The notes beneath the pieces were generated by a model. It had not been told where the DNA came from. It worked only from the letters and a program-made list of their open reading frames with translations, and did not search any database. Below are positions 26,654-40,495 of a stretch of DNA of 64,000 nt, piece after piece. The DNA is from Ranitomeya imitator (lineage: Eukaryota). The position numbers and the translations under genes are program-made. The stretch spans positions 621,488,001 to 621,552,000 of the forward strand of contig NC_091284.1 in NCBI RefSeq assembly GCF_032444005.1. Direction: 5' to 3'. How positions within the stretch are numbered: the stretch's first letter is position 1; each line of letters starts with the position of its first letter.

Positions 26654-29390
26654 CCCCTTCCCAACCTGTGACACAGCGTATGCGTCATGAAAGTCGGTGC
26701 CAATCCGACCTGTGACGCATATGCTGTGTCACAGAATGATCGCGTACCTGCAGATCGGGTGAAAGGGTTACCTCCCATTTCACCCGATCTGCAGGGACAG
26801 GGGGAGTGGTAGTACAGCCCAGGGGAGGGGGGGTGGCTTCAGCCCAGGGGGGAGGTGTCTTCACCCCCCCGTGGCTACGATCACTCTGATTGGCTGTTGA
26901 AAGTGAAACTGCCAATCAGAGCGATTTGTAATATTTCACCTATTAAAACTGGTGAAATATTACAATCCAGCCATGGCCGATGCTGCAATATCATCGGCCA
27001 TGGCTGGAAACACTGGTCTGCACCTCCCCACCGCCACCGATCCCTCCCCCAGTCCTCCGATCACTCCGGTACACAGCTCCGCTCCCCTCCGTCCTCCTGT
27101 CCGCTCCCCCCGTGCTCTTGTCCGCTCACCCCCGTGCTACAATCCCACCCCTGTGCTCCTGTAACCCTTGGGAAAATAAAAAATTCTGGGCTAAAAAATT
27201 ATTTTTGAGGAAAGAAAACGTATTTATTATTTTCACGGCTCTGCGTTATAAACTTCTGTGAAGCACTTGGGGGTTCAAAGTGCTCACCACACATCTAGAT
27301 AAGTTCCTTTGGGGGTATAGTTTCCAAAATGGGGTCACTTGTGGGGAGTTTCTACTGTTTAGGTACATCAGGGGCTCTGCAAACGCAATGTGATGCCCGC
27401 AGAGCATTCCATCAAAGTCTGCATTTCAAAATATCGCTACTTCCCTTCCAAACCCCGACGTGTGCCCAAACAGTCGTTTACCCCCACACATGGGGTATCG
27501 GCATACTCAAGAGAAACTGGAAAACAACTTTTGGGGTCCAATTTCTCCTGTAACCCTTGGGAAAATAAAAAATTCTGGGCTAAAAAATTATTTTTGAGAA
27601 AAGAAATTTTTTTTTTTATTTTCATGGCTCTGCTTTATAAACTTCTGTGAAGCACTTGGGGGTTCAAAGTGCTCAACACACATCTAGATAAGTTCCTTTC
27701 GGGGTCTAGTTTCTAAAATGGGGTCATTTGTGGGGTATCAGCAATGTTTAGGCACACAGGGGCTCTCCAAACGCGACATGGTGTCCGCTAATGATTGGAG
27801 CTAATTTTCCATTTAAAAAGCCAAATGGCGTGCCTTCCCTTCCGAGCCCTGCCGTGCGCCCAAACAGTGGTTTACCCCCACATATGGGGTATCAGCGTAC
27901 TCAGGATAAACTGGACAACAAAATTTGGTGTCCAATTTCTCCTATTATCCTTGGCAAAATAGGAAATTCCAGGCTAAAAAATAATTTTTGATGAAAGAAA
28001 AATTATTTTTTATTTTCATGGCTCTGCGTTTTAAACTTCTGTGAAGCACCTGCGGGATTAAAGTGCTCAATATGCATCTATATAAGTTCCTTGGGGGTCT
28101 AGTTACCAAAATGGGGTCACTTATGGGGGAGCTCCAATGTTTAGGCACAAAGGGGCTCTCCAAACGGGACATGGTGTCCGCTAACAATTGGAGCTAATTT
28201 TCCATTCAAAAAGTCAAATGGCGCGCCTTCCCTTCCGAGCCCTGCCGTGTGCCCAAACAGTGGTTTACCCCCACATATAAGGTATCGGCATACTCGGGAG
28301 AAATTGCCCAACAAATTTTAGGATCCATTTTATCTTATTGCCCATGTGAAAATGAAAAACTTGAGGCGAAAATAAATTTTTTGTGAAAAAAAAGTACTTT
28401 TTCATTTTTACGGATCAATTTGTGAAGCACCTGAGGGTTTAAAGTGCTCAGTGTGCATCTAGATAAGTTCCTTGGGGCGTCTAGTTTAAAAAATGGGGTC
28501 ACTTGTGGGGGAGCTCCAATTTTTAGGCACACGGGGGCTCTCCAAACGCAACATGGTGTCCGCTAAAGAGTGGAGCCAATTTTTCATTCAAAAAGTCAAA
28601 TGGTGCTCCTTCCCTTCCAAGCCCTGCCGTGCGCCCAAACAGTGGTTTACCCCCACATATCATGTATCAGCGTACTCAAGACAAATTGGACAACAAATTT
28701 TGTGGTTCAGTTTCTTCTTTTACCATTGGGAAAATAAAAAAATGTTGCTAAAAAATCATTTATTGACTAAAAAGTTAAATGTTCATTTTTTCCTTCCATG
28801 TTGCTTCTGCTGCTGTGAAGCACCTGAAGGGTTAATAAACTTCTTGAATGTGGTTTTGTGCACCATTAGGGGTGCAGTTTTTAGAATGGTGTCACTTTTG
28901 GGTATTTTCAGCCATATAGACCCCTCAAACTGACTTCAAATGTGAGGTAGTCCCTAAAAAAAATGGTTTTGTAAATTTCGTTGTAAAAATGAGAAATCGG
29001 TGGTCAAATTTTAACTCTTATAACTTCCTAGCAAAAAAAAATTTTGTTTCCAAAATTGTGCTGATGTAAAGTAGACATGTGGAAAATGTTATTTATTAAC
29101 TATTTTGTGTCACATAACTCTCTGGTTTAACAGAATAAAAATTCAAAATGTGAAAATTGCAAAATTTTCAAAATTTTTGCCAAATTTCCGTTTTTATCAC
29201 AAATAAACGCAGAATTTATTGACCTAAATTTACCACTAACATGAAGCCCAATATGTCACGAAAAAACAATCTCAGAAACGCTAGGATCCGTTGAAGATTT
29301 CCTGAGTTATTACCTCATAAAGGGACACTGGTCAGAATTGCAAAAAACGGCTAGGTCATTAAGGTCAAAATAGGCTGGGTCATGAAGGGG
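26654..29390. mobile_element. Large piggyBac-like non-autonomous element with an internal ~390-bp tandem array
   Basis: TTAA|CCCCTTC...GAAGGGG|TTTA; marker ATAAGTTCC recurs at ~27300, 27690, 28080 and 28465. Confidence 0.75.
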
Positions 29391-30336
29391 TTTATTATAC
29401 TGCAGCACCATCACAGACAAAATGAAGCATTACATGATTTTGATTGATGTCAACAGGCCATCTTTGTAATTCATAGATATATGGGGTACACAAAAGAGAG
29501 ACTCATACTCTTTGTGGAAACCTTGCTCCTTCCTATTGATAGAAGGCAATAAGCATGAGCCACCTTTATTGACACAGAAGACCCAACAGGAAATGTGATT
29601 TTATTGGATGAATGTCCAGTGCATGCTGTACAGATTAGACAGGAGAATATTGCCATACATACAGTGCCTTATAGAACATGCCACAATTTATTTCTGTTTT
29701 TAATTTATATAGCCCCAACATATTGTGCAGCACAGAGATTGTGGTCTGTTCTTTTCACTGTACAGAGATGGTCCCTATAGGAGATGAGATTCTAGTGCTG
29801 GGTTTATACTGCACAATCAACTGATCTCCGAAGCATATTCCAATCAGCAGTCAGTTAAGGTACCGTCACACATAACGATATCATTAACGATATCGTTGCT
29901 TTTTGTGACGTAGCAACGATATCGTTAACAAAATCGTTATGCGTGACAGAGACCAACGGTCAGGCCCCTGCTGGGAGATCGTTGATTGCTGGGGAAAGTC
30001 CAGGACTTTATTTTGTTGCTGGATCACCCGCTGACATCGCTGAATCGGCGTGTGTGGCGCCGATTCAGCGATGTCTTCACTGGTAACCAGGGTAAACATC
30101 GGGTTACTAAGCGCAGGGCCGCACTTAGTAACCCGATGTTTACCCTGGTTACCATTGTAAAAGTAAAAAAAAAAACACTCCATACTCACATTCCTGTCAC
30201 GTCCTTCAGCATCAGCTTCCCTGCGTCCCCCAGTGTCAGCGCCGGCCGGCGGTAAAGCACAGCACAGCGGTGACGTCAGCGCTCTGCTTTCCGGCCAGCG
30301 CTTACACGGTGCAGGGAAGCTGACGCTGGGGGACGC

Positions 30337-32100
30337 TGTTAGGACTGGCGGAACGCACCAAGACAGATGATATAGATGCGTTCGCAGTCCGGGGTCCACC
30401 GTGCAGGTAAAAACCTGCTGCTAGCAATTTGCAGACTATATGGCGGTACACTAAAGTATACACGCGTGGGTTAACCTCACCCAGCGTGAAAGAAGCAATC
30501 CTGTTAAGGCACAGGACCGCGGTACCGCACCTAAAGCGCGAGCAAGTAGTCAGCGAACTCAACCCCAACTAGGATTGAAGTCCGATTAGACCCTTGCTGG
30601 CACAACACCGCAACTGGGTGTGTAAGGAAACTGATTAACAATATTAAGGCACAAGAGTGCATGCAGTCCCACACTGACGAACGCCACTAACCACCCAGGC
30701 TTGGGTAAGGAAAGCACAGAGGAAGTGCACGGCGCCGTACTGGCGGTCACAGCAACTGGACGCTGTAATGTGTGATTCGTGCAGTAGAATAAGTCGGGCG
30801 CTAGATAGCAACCATACACCTTCCGCGAACAGACATTCAATAGGGTAGGGGTATCCAAGGACGACTTGCACTCACAACATACACACATTAGAAGAAGGAA
30901 TCAATATCACCATTACACACTGAATGGGAAACCACTGGGTAAATCTGACAGGGAGAAGGACTTGGGGATCCTAATTAATGATAAACTTACCTGGAGCAGC
31001 CAGTGCCAGGCAGCAGCTGCCAAGGCAAACAGGATCATGGGGTGCATTAAAAGAGGTCTGGATACACATGATGAGAGCATTATACTGCTTCTGTACAAAT
31101 CCCTAGTTAGACCGCACATGGAGTACTGTGTCCAGTTTTGGGCACCGGTGCTCAGGAAGGATACAATGGAACTAGAGAGAGTACAAAGGAGGGCAACAAA
31201 ATTAATAAAGGGGATGGGAGAACTACAATACCCAGATAGATTAGCGAAATTAGGATTATTTAGTCTAGAAAAAAGACGACTGAGGGGCGATCTAATAACC
31301 ATGTATAAGTATATAAGGGAACAATACAAATATCTCGCTGAGGATCTGTTTATACCAAGGAAGGTGACGGGCACAAGGGGGCATTCTTTGCGTCTGGAGG
31401 AGAGAAGGTTTTTCCACCAACATAGAAGAGGATTCTTTACTGTTAGGGCAGTGAGAATCTGGAATTGCTTGCCTGAGGAGGTGGTGATGGCGAACTCAGT
31501 CGAGGGGTTCAAGAGAGGCCTGGATGTCTTCCTGGAGCAGAACAATATTGTATCATACAATTATTAGGTTCTGTAGAAGGACGTAGATCTGGGGATTTAT
31601 TATGATGGAATATAGGCTGAACTGGATGGACAAATGTCTTTTTTCGGCCTTACTAACTATGTTACTATGTTACATTAGCAATTGTTAGACAATACTAGCG
31701 CATGGCCGTGCGGTCATGCGCAGTTTATATAGTTGCAGCACAGGAAGTGGTTACAGCACTTTTGCCCTTCCAAGACCTGCCAAGAGGACCAATGGAATGT
31801 GCTGCAGAGCCTGAGCACATGACCCTCGATCTCCAACGGGAGATCTTACCCTGGGCATGCTCAGTACGTGCAGACAAGGACTTAGTCCCAGAGAAGTCCG
31901 CTCGCTGCTGACCAGCACTGACTTTAATGGCAGAGACTGGAGAAGCAGCAGTAACTCTCAGAACAGAGTGAGAATGAGCAAGACGCTGGGACCGACATCT
32001 TTGCTGAGCAGACTCCACTGCGGCTGGACAAGAATGGGAGACCGCAGCGGAGGTGGCTCGAGATTCCCCCTGTGCAGAAGCGGGAACTCGATCCCTAACA
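30337..32100. mobile_element. Solo LTR (about 1 kb without the CR1 insert)
   Basis: TGTTAGG...CCTAACA termini; 5-bp TSD GACGC at 30332-30336 and 32101-32105. Confidence 0.8.
30892..31671 (+). pseudogene. 5'-truncated CR1 LINE: C-terminal ORF2, 3' UTR and (ACTATGTT)-type tail
   Basis: EKDLGILIND, KANRIMGCIKR, LYKSLVRPHMEYCVQFWAP, LERVQRRATKLI, LGLFSLEKRRLRGDLI, FFTVRAVRIWN; 7-bp TSD ACATTAG at 30885-30891 and 31672-31678. Confidence 0.92.
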
Positions 32101-34254
32101 GACGCGACAGGAATGTAAGTATGTAGTTTTTTTTTTTACTTTTACAATGGTAACCAGGGTAAACATCGGGTTACTAAGCACGGCCCTGCGCTTAGTAACC
32201 CGATATTTACCCTGATTACCCTAGGACTTCGGCATCATTGGTCGCTGGAGAGCTGTCTGTGTGACAGCTCTACAGCGACCACACAACAACTTACCAACGA
32301 TCACGGCCAGGTCGTATCGCTGGTCGTGATCGTTGGTAAATCGTTAAGTGTAACGGTACCTTTAGTTTCCAGTTTAGGCAGCCAGACATACTTCTGTGCT
32401 CAGAACGATCATTTATGCGATCATTCTGTGCTTATTGAAACTTATATCAGCAGTAAATATCCAGTTTACACAGAGGGATGTGCTGCTGTTAACAAGGCCT
32501 GCTAAGGGCACATTTAGATAGGATAATTATTGGATGAAGAACAATAGTCCGAACACTCCTTCCTAATTATTGGCCCATCTAAGCAAGTTGGCAAAAACAC
32601 TCAACACACAAGAAGCATAATTTTTTTTTCTGCTTTTCTTATGTAGCGCCTTCATATTCAGCAGCGTTCCATCATCGTTATCAGCAGCACATAATCTTGA
32701 GTAACAAACGTGCTGCTGAGAGCAATGATATTCAGTTCATGCATCAACAATCCTATTATGTGCATAGAATTGTCTAAACAGGCCGCTGATCGGCATGCAT
32801 ATATAGACCAACACTTGTTTATTGACCGGAGTCATGTTATGTTGATCCACCCATCAAAAATGATCATACCAGACAATCATTTTTCTTGGTCAACGACGGA
32901 TTACAAGACCTCACTTGGATGCCATTTGTGTGCTTTACATTTTTCATGGACTATCTGATAGAAGTTTGAGAAACCTCTTTGTTTTTTTTCATCTGAGAAA
33001 AACTGATGAAACTATGACTAAACTCTTATCATAAAGATTCTCTGACCAAACTGATGAAACTTTGATGAAAAAAAAAAAAAACACTGATGAAACTTGAAAT
33101 ATTTTTCTTGCATACTGGAATAATCACTGACATGTGAAGGAGTCATAAGAAGAAAACCTTGCAGTCTGTGACTGCAGACTGATGACTTGTGACAGAGTGG
33201 GATGTGCAGACATTCACGATTCCCCTGTATCCCTCATACAGTCGGGCGGTCACGTAAACTAGATATATGCAATTTAATGACTGCATACTTTTCTTCTGAG
33301 ACCTGACAACTCCTTTAAGAAGGCTTCTAACAGAGCTTCCAACATAGATGTGAACAGAATCTTTAATCAACTATTTAGAACTTCTATATTGTGGCTGAGA
33401 AGGGGGGCAGTCATCCGTTTTCTCTCAGTCTGAAAAAATTGGTCTGATTATGCTAATCAAACTCTTATCTTGCTATATTAGACTCTGATCAGAGTAGGAT
33501 CCGATTTTCTCAGAAGTGGAGAGAAACAAAAACAGTTTCTTCAAATTCTCCATTATATCAGTCTGCCAAAAAATAACCACATTTGCATGTCATCGTGGTC
33601 CAATTTTTTTCACGGACCCAGAGACACAAATCATTGAGTGCCATCCAAATCTTGGAGGCAAATATTTCCTGCTGCGATTTTTTCCTCAGACTCAGGCATG
33701 AACACAACCTCATACAATAATGTGTGCTCAATGTCAAAACCACAGCACAGATAGCTCTCTTTCGATGAAAACAGTTGTCTGCACGAGCTATAAAAGCGGG
33801 CATCCACAGCAATCATTCACTGCATAGAGGTATGCAGAGGAGAGTTGCCAAGTAGCACAAAGTATGGTACATTTTGCAAAATATAACACAAATACAACAG
33901 GAAACACGCAACAATGATGAAATGTAGCAGTGCTGAAATTAAAATTTGGTACAATTTACAATATTGACTTCTTATATAATGTCTAGTGCTAAATGGAGCT
34001 CTGCTTATCTTGTACTTTGGACCCAGTTGGATGAAACACATAAGGTGGGCTGAGCTGCTGGAGTAAATCGATTCTTCAACATTGATAAAAAGATTTTTTA
34101 TTCACAACGCATTTCAACACCCTTCAAGGGAGGGAGTCCGTTGCTATTTGTCCGCCTTAATTTCCCAAAAAGCCAAATAGCTGAGAACTTACGAACAATA
34201 GGGAAACCGGGGGAACCACCAAAAATTAGACCAGGTACCAAAATGTGGAAAGGA

Positions 34255-34510
34255 AAAGGGAGCACTCGCCATCCTTTAAGAATACTTATTTATACAACAA
34301 AAAGTTAAAACATGGTTGCAGGAGTAAATGGAACACGCCATGAATGATGGTCTTTTCGCACCTCAAGGTGCTTTAACGGGTCCTTGTGTTGAAGCACTTT
34401 GAGGTGCGAAACGACAGTCGTCCATGGCGTGTTCTATTTACTCCTGCAGCCATGTTTTAACATTTTGTTCTATAAATAAGTATTCATAAGGGACGGCGAG
34501 TGCTACCTTT
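34255..34510. repeat. Imperfect fold-back inverted repeat (~123-bp arms, 10-nt loop) with an HHR-like right arm
   Basis: GAGCACTCGCC..GAATACTTATTTATA..TTAAAACATGG..GCAGGAGTAAAT mirrored on the right; loop 34378-34387. Confidence 0.9.
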
Positions 34511-34589
34511 ATGTCTGTCATAACTCCACCAAGTGAGTGTAACCATTACTTACCCACCCTCTCTCCGTAGGGTATCATCCGATTGTGGT

Positions 34590-34850
34590 CTCTGACCCCC
34601 ACATTAGCCAATTGAGATTCTGGTTTGGCTTTTATCCTAAGTCATGTGACAAGGCTCGTTAAAGGGTCAACACTGACTGTTAGGATTGCTACTTCCAATA
34701 GGTGGCACGAGAGTTCTAGTCCTCTTCCTCTCTGATGAGACAATTTGCATATTTCCCAGAGGAGCACTGCGGCTTTAAGTGTCCCCATCTCGACATGCTT
34801 AACATGTCACTCTCCGCAAGGAGAAATGATACTTCTTGGATCCTGGTGAC
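34590..34850 (+). repeat. Unclassified interspersed repeat (same family as 60590-60940)
   Basis: Shared TTTGGCTTTTATCCTAAGTCAT, GCTACTTCCAATAGGTGGC and TTTCCCAGAGGAGCA. Confidence 0.7.
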
Positions 34851-36941
34851 ATAAATCAAAGCATGAGAAAAAAGCAACATGCCTAGCTACATACTGTACC
34901 CATAGAAGCAGCAAGCGCTTATTAATGACCTCCTTGTTGGAGCTCGAGTCTAGGAAAACTTTTAACCATTGTTCAGTTTTATTTCAAGCAGAATAATCCC
35001 AAATCTTTGCAGGTGTAAGGAACATAACAAATCTCCTCTAGAGAGCTATGGTAAAATTAACATGTCTCTACATCCCAGTAATGACTACATTCTCCTACTC
35101 CTCTGTGAATTCTATGTGCTTCGTAAGTGAATCTGAGGTGGCATTAAGCATTTGACACCGGTGACGGAGGGCAGACTACTTATCCAGCAGCCCTGTTCAT
35201 CACTCCCATAAAACCTACTTGATCCATGAACATCTGTTTGCCGGGGCTCTGATTTTATTGAAATTTTATGTGCGAAAGGTTGGAAAATGAATCCAACTGC
35301 TAATCTAGAAGAACTTTTCAATAAACAGGAATTGATTTTATTCTAGCGTATTAGCAAAACTTATTACAGTATTGAATGAGACACTATATAGCAATGAAAG
35401 CAAATCCCTGGGAGTATAGGCTATTCTAATGAAACATGTATGGAGGGATGTTTATTGGATTAATGACTGCGATTAATCAAGGATGCCCCGCACGTTGTTT
35501 TGTTACAGAAGCTGAGCCATTTTATGAATGTGCATAAAAGATTCTCTCGAGTTATGAGAAAAAGGACAATGCAAGTCTTTCTCCAACCCCCTGATGTTTA
35601 GCCCAAAGCATGTTTAATCCCTACGGAAGCATTCAGTGTAGGAAATAAAATTATCTATGGCTTGGGACTTGTATGATGAAGTGAATGAGCGAGCTGACAC
35701 TTAGAATCGCAGTAAATCGAATAAGTGCAAGTTTCATAGTTAGAAAAAGTCAGGCTGCCGACTCACGGAATTAACTTTGAGGCTTTGCTGGCAAAGTCAA
35801 ATGTTACTTGGCATGAGAGTCTATTAACATTAGAAAGAGAGTGAGTAGATAATGTAGACAAAGGGGAGCCAACCGAGGTAAACAACACTCACTTTTAATA
35901 AGGATTACATCCAGAAGCACGGGCTTGTAATGCTCAGCTATTTTTATACCTTGGGATTTTCTTTTCCCTAGATATTTAAGAAAAATATATACCATCATTT
36001 AGCACAGATATATAATGTAATGAGGAAGAGCATGCTGCCGTATATTGTAACATTCAGGTATGACAATGATGGCGACAATGAGCTGCTACTTCCACTAAAA
36101 TCCAAAAAGCAATTAATAAAGAAAAGCATATCGCATGCAGTCATTAAAATGATTATTGCTGAGATATCAGGACTATCTGCACATTACTAACATATTCGTA
36201 CAGACACGTTGAATGGTAAATAACCACACACTGTGATAAAAGAACAGAACAAAACGCAATGTGTTATCCTAATTGTTATTGTTCTTATAAATAGTAATCA
36301 TTATATATTCATGTTAGGGTTCGTTATGTAAATATCCAAAGTCTCTTCTGTTAGCAGCTCATTGAGATCGCTACATCAAAAAAGCAACAATTACAACATT
36401 TTACAGTAAAAACATTTTATAGTAAAATTGGGTAATGTGTAGCTGCTTTTCAGATCTTGCCCAATGTAAAGGGGGAATATATGGTCATAACAACAAGGAA
36501 TAGAGATCATTAAAGATGAGTCAATATTTTGACATTCAAATTTGCCAGATTTAATTGATTTAGCCAGCAAAATTGATTTGCAGTTAGTTTGAAACAAATC
36601 ATAGACATACTTCAAAGTAACAAATTGCCCTGAAAGAAGTTTTTGACATAATTATCTTTCCATCAGATAATAATTTTATTCATTTATGTACTGTCACACA
36701 CTATCTCTATGGTTTCTTCAGTGTTTTATGTTTTATAAGCTGCTGCATTACTTGCTTCTGCTTTTATGCAGCCTATGATAATCCCTCCTAATTGCAAGGC
36801 ATTATTGGGATACCTGCTAAAGGTCATGTGAACCTTTTCTGGTTGATTAATTTTTCTGAAATGTATAAAATAACAGCAGCCATTTTAGTCAAATTGGGTT
36901 CAGCCAATTTCTAAAAAATTGACACAAACTTGTGTCATAGT

Positions 36942-37716
36942 TAGTGTTGAGCGATACCGTCCGATACTTGAAAGTATCGGTATCGGATAGTATCGGCCGA
37001 TACCCGAAAAATATCGGATATCGCCGATACCGATATCCGATACCAATACAAGTCAATGGGACATCAAGTATCGGAATGTATCCTCATGGATCCCAGGGTC
37101 TGAAGGAGAGGAAACTCTCCTTCAGGCCCTGGGATCCATATTAAAGTGTAAAATAAAGAATTAAAATAAAAAATATTGTTATATTCACCTCTCCGGCGGC
37201 CCCTGGACATCAGCGGGAGGATCCGGCGTCCGGCACGGCTTCTTTCTTCAAAATGCGCGCCTTTAGGACCTGTGGAATGACGTCCCGGCTTCTGATTGGT
37301 CGCGTGCCGCCCATGTGACCGCCACGCGACCAATCAGAAGCCGCGACGTCATTCCTCAGGTCCTAAAAGGCGCTCATTCTAGGACTTTAGCTGAGGAATG
37401 ACGTCGCGGCTTCTGATTGGTCGCGTGGCGGTCACATGGGCGGCACGCGACCAATCAGAAGCCGGGACGTCATACCACAGGTCCTAAAGGCGCGCATTTT
37501 GAAGAAAGAAGCCGTGCCGGACGCCGGATCCTCCCGCTGATGTCCAGGGGCCGCCGGAGAGGTGAATATAACAATATTTTTTATTTTAATTCTTTATTTT
37601 ACACTTCCGATACCGATACCCGATATCACAAAAATATCGGATCTCGGTATCGGAATTCCGATACCGCAAGTATCGGCCGATACCCGATACTTGCGGTATC
37701 GGAATGCTCAACACTA
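36942..37716. mobile_element. hAT-superfamily palindromic MITE
   Basis: TIRs TAGTGTTGAGC / GCTCAACACTA; perfect 8-bp TSD GTCATAGT (36934-36941, 37717-37724); internal inverted arms give mirror ORFs 37064-37333 and 37417-37731. Confidence 0.92.
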
Positions 37717-38791
37717 GTCATAGTGAATTAAATCACTCATCTCTAGAGATGGGGAAATCTCTTTGAGTCAAATTGAATTTTCATCAACTTTGGCCACAAA
37801 AATCGGATCATTTCAAAATCACATTCTTTTGTACCTGTGTCAAAATTGCAGTATTTTTTGTACGATTTTGAAAAATTTTGACTTTTCACATTTTCATGAC
37901 AGTTTTGGTGAGCTCCACCAAATTGGGCAGAGCTAGGGTTGGACAGCAAGAAGACCACCAGTCTAATACATGACATGATGTTACACACCTAATGCCAGAA
38001 ATTTAATTCCAGTCCAGGACAAGAGTAAGATTTGTGGCGAGGCGCCTCTTAATGAATCAAGCCCCTCTGACTCCATCACACCCCCTCATCAACACTGGCA
38101 TTGATGAATTGAGGCCAAAGTGTAATGAAGCCTGCCAGAATATTTTTCTTTTCTTCATCTGTATTTGCTTCTATGTGGAAATTTGATTATATTGCTGCAT
38201 ATGAATCAAGCCTGAACATCATTGTGATCCCAACTGTGTTTTGCATTGGTAACTGTCAGATTACTATTTTTCTCTCTATGTAAGTAATACATAATAAGCA
38301 CTCGGAACCGGAAAACAACGGATACATTATGACATATATTTTGAAACAGTCGCTTATGTTTGTAATAGAAAAAACACTATAAGAAGACTGGAAAAAACAG
38401 ATTTTCTCTTGGTAAAATGTCTTCTTAGTGTGTGCCACAACAATTGTTTCTGTGATCAGACAGAATTATAGAGATCAGTTAAATAAAACAAATATCTTAG
38501 GATGCAGAGTGTATGAATGGGAAAGAAGTTACATGCAAATGAACACTGTAGAAAACACACATCTTAGCACCATATGGGAAAGTCTTAATTGCGATATAAT
38601 GAAAGACACAAAAAGCAATTAGTATTCCTAGATGTTATAACCAAACAATGAAATGAAACATTTCAACATTTTTCAATCATCGTTGAATCTTTTCTGAATA
38701 ATTTTCATGGGCATCCAGACAGATGTGTTTTATGTTGTTTTCCTACAACACATTTGTGATGATTTAAAGGGCTTATCCTTGACAATATTAA

Positions 38792-39410
38792 AGGGATCCT
38801 GTCAGCTGATTCATGCTTCCCATACTGTGGGCAGCATGAGGGCAGCCAGGTTTCTCTGAAATGCTCCTATAGTTCTCCAGTTAACCGGCAGGCTCAAAGA
38901 GACCTTCTCCCATAGCAGGAGATCTACCAGTTACCTCTGGTAGCACTGGAAGAAGCCAGCAGGAGTGGACCTTTAGGCTATATGCACACGTTGCGGATTT
39001 TGCTGCGGATCCGCAGCGTTTCTGCAGCTGCAGATCCGCAGCAGTTTCCCATGCATTTACAGTACCATGTAAAGCAATGGGAAATGAAATCCGCAGTGCA
39101 AATTCTGCGGAAAAAACTGCATGGAAACGCAGCGGTTTATTTTCCACAGCAAGTCAATTCTTTCTGCGGATTCCGCTGCGGGTTTACACCTGCTCCAATA
39201 GAAATCTGCAGGTGAAAACCCGCAGAGGAAACCGCAAAAGAAACCGCGGTAAATCTGCAGTAACAACCGCAGCGGTTCCGCAATGGAATCCGCAACATGT
39301 GCAGATAGCCTTAAAGTATTTTCTCTGAGCCCCTATGGCATTTCAGAGACAAATATACCATTCGTTATGCTCTTGTCTTGGGCAGCATGGATCTGGTGAC
39401 AGGTTACTCA
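38792..39410. mobile_element. Kolobok/T2-like MITE hosting a Harbinger-like MITE
   Basis: TTAA|AGGGATCCTGTCA...TGACAGGTTACTC|ATAA (degenerate). Confidence 0.55.
38976..39310. mobile_element. Harbinger-like MITE rich in CCGCAG/TGCGG motifs
   Basis: TTA|GGCTAT.TGCACA...TGTGCAGATAGCC|TTA. Confidence 0.75.
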
Positions 39411-39806
39411 TAAGCATAACTATGCCCCAATTTTAAGTAAGTAAACCAAACATTGTCTAAGTCAATTGTACTAAAGTTTTATTAAAATCCTAATAAGAAC
39501 TGATTCTATACGGTAAAACTACACCCTCCCTTTGGCCAGCATGGAGTTCCTGCCACCGATATCGATGTTTGTTAATGTCGGCAGTGCTGACCTCCTGTCG
39601 ACAGTGTTGCTGGCAGCCAATCCATGATCTCAATGGTTCTCAGCAGCTTGTGCTGTCTACTCAGTCAGAGCTACAGACAATAACAGACAAAGGGAACCAC
39701 AAGGAGTCACGGTCCTGGACCAAGGGAGGGTGAGCAAAGATGTTTTTATATTTGAACAAACTGCAACTGAAGACAGGGCTTTTCTGAAACTGAAAACCCC
39801 CTATAA

Positions 39807-39992
39807 GGCTGCCGTCACACTAGCAGTATTTGGTCAGTATTTTACCTCAGAATTTGTAAGCCAAAACCAGGAGTGGAACAATTAGAGGAAAAGTATAACA
39901 GAAACACTTCTGCATTTATCACCCACTCCTGGCTTTGGCTTACAAATTCTGAGGTAAAATACTGACCAAATACTGCTAGTGTGACGGCAGCC
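39807..39992. mobile_element. Near-perfect palindromic MITE
   Basis: GGCTGCCGTCACACTAGCAGTATTTGGTCAG...CTGACCAAATACTGCTAGTGTGACGGCAGCC; flanks TAA / TTA (TA TSD if termini are AGGC/GCCT). Confidence 0.8.
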
Positions 39993-40495
39993 TTACAGTG
40001 TTATTGGGGAGGCTGTATGCAATGAAGAAAGACCCATCACTAATCTGTGGTTCATTTATGTTTATATTATGTGTTTCTGTATCATAACTTCTGCATATTC
40101 CATGCTTTTTTGTGTTATTGCAGGGTTTTCTAAACTGTTTTCCTCGGTTGAGAATTGCCATGTAAAATACTTAATTTACAATGAGTCCATATCCCTCGGA
40201 CTGACATGACAGTTGTCTGCATGCCCCTCCATTCCCTGATGCAAAGTAATGGTGAAATGATTCACTGTTTTAGTGTGCAAGACATATCTGCTTTGTAAAT
40301 TTACTCAAACTGCATTGCTGCCCAGCATGTGACACATGATTTTCCTGACACAGGGAGAGGAGAATCCTGCAACAGCGAGCACGTGTACATGTTATGTGTG
40401 ACTTACCACAAGAAGACGGGGTAGGAGGGAAAAACAAGAAATCCCAGTGCTCAGATTAAGGAAAATGTCAAGTAGGAGACACATCAGGAACTTAA

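Larger units (their letters stand above)
29858..32361. mobile_element. Harbinger-like MITE hosting a solo LTR
   Basis: TTA|AGGTACCGTCACAC...GTGTAACGGTACCT|TTA; internal sequence continues across the LTR insertion. Confidence 0.75.

Noticed and set aside
37064-37731. Duplicated gene pair MVAWRSHGRH... on opposite strands
   Set aside because: Mirror translations of the two arms of a palindromic hAT MITE with an 8-bp TSD.
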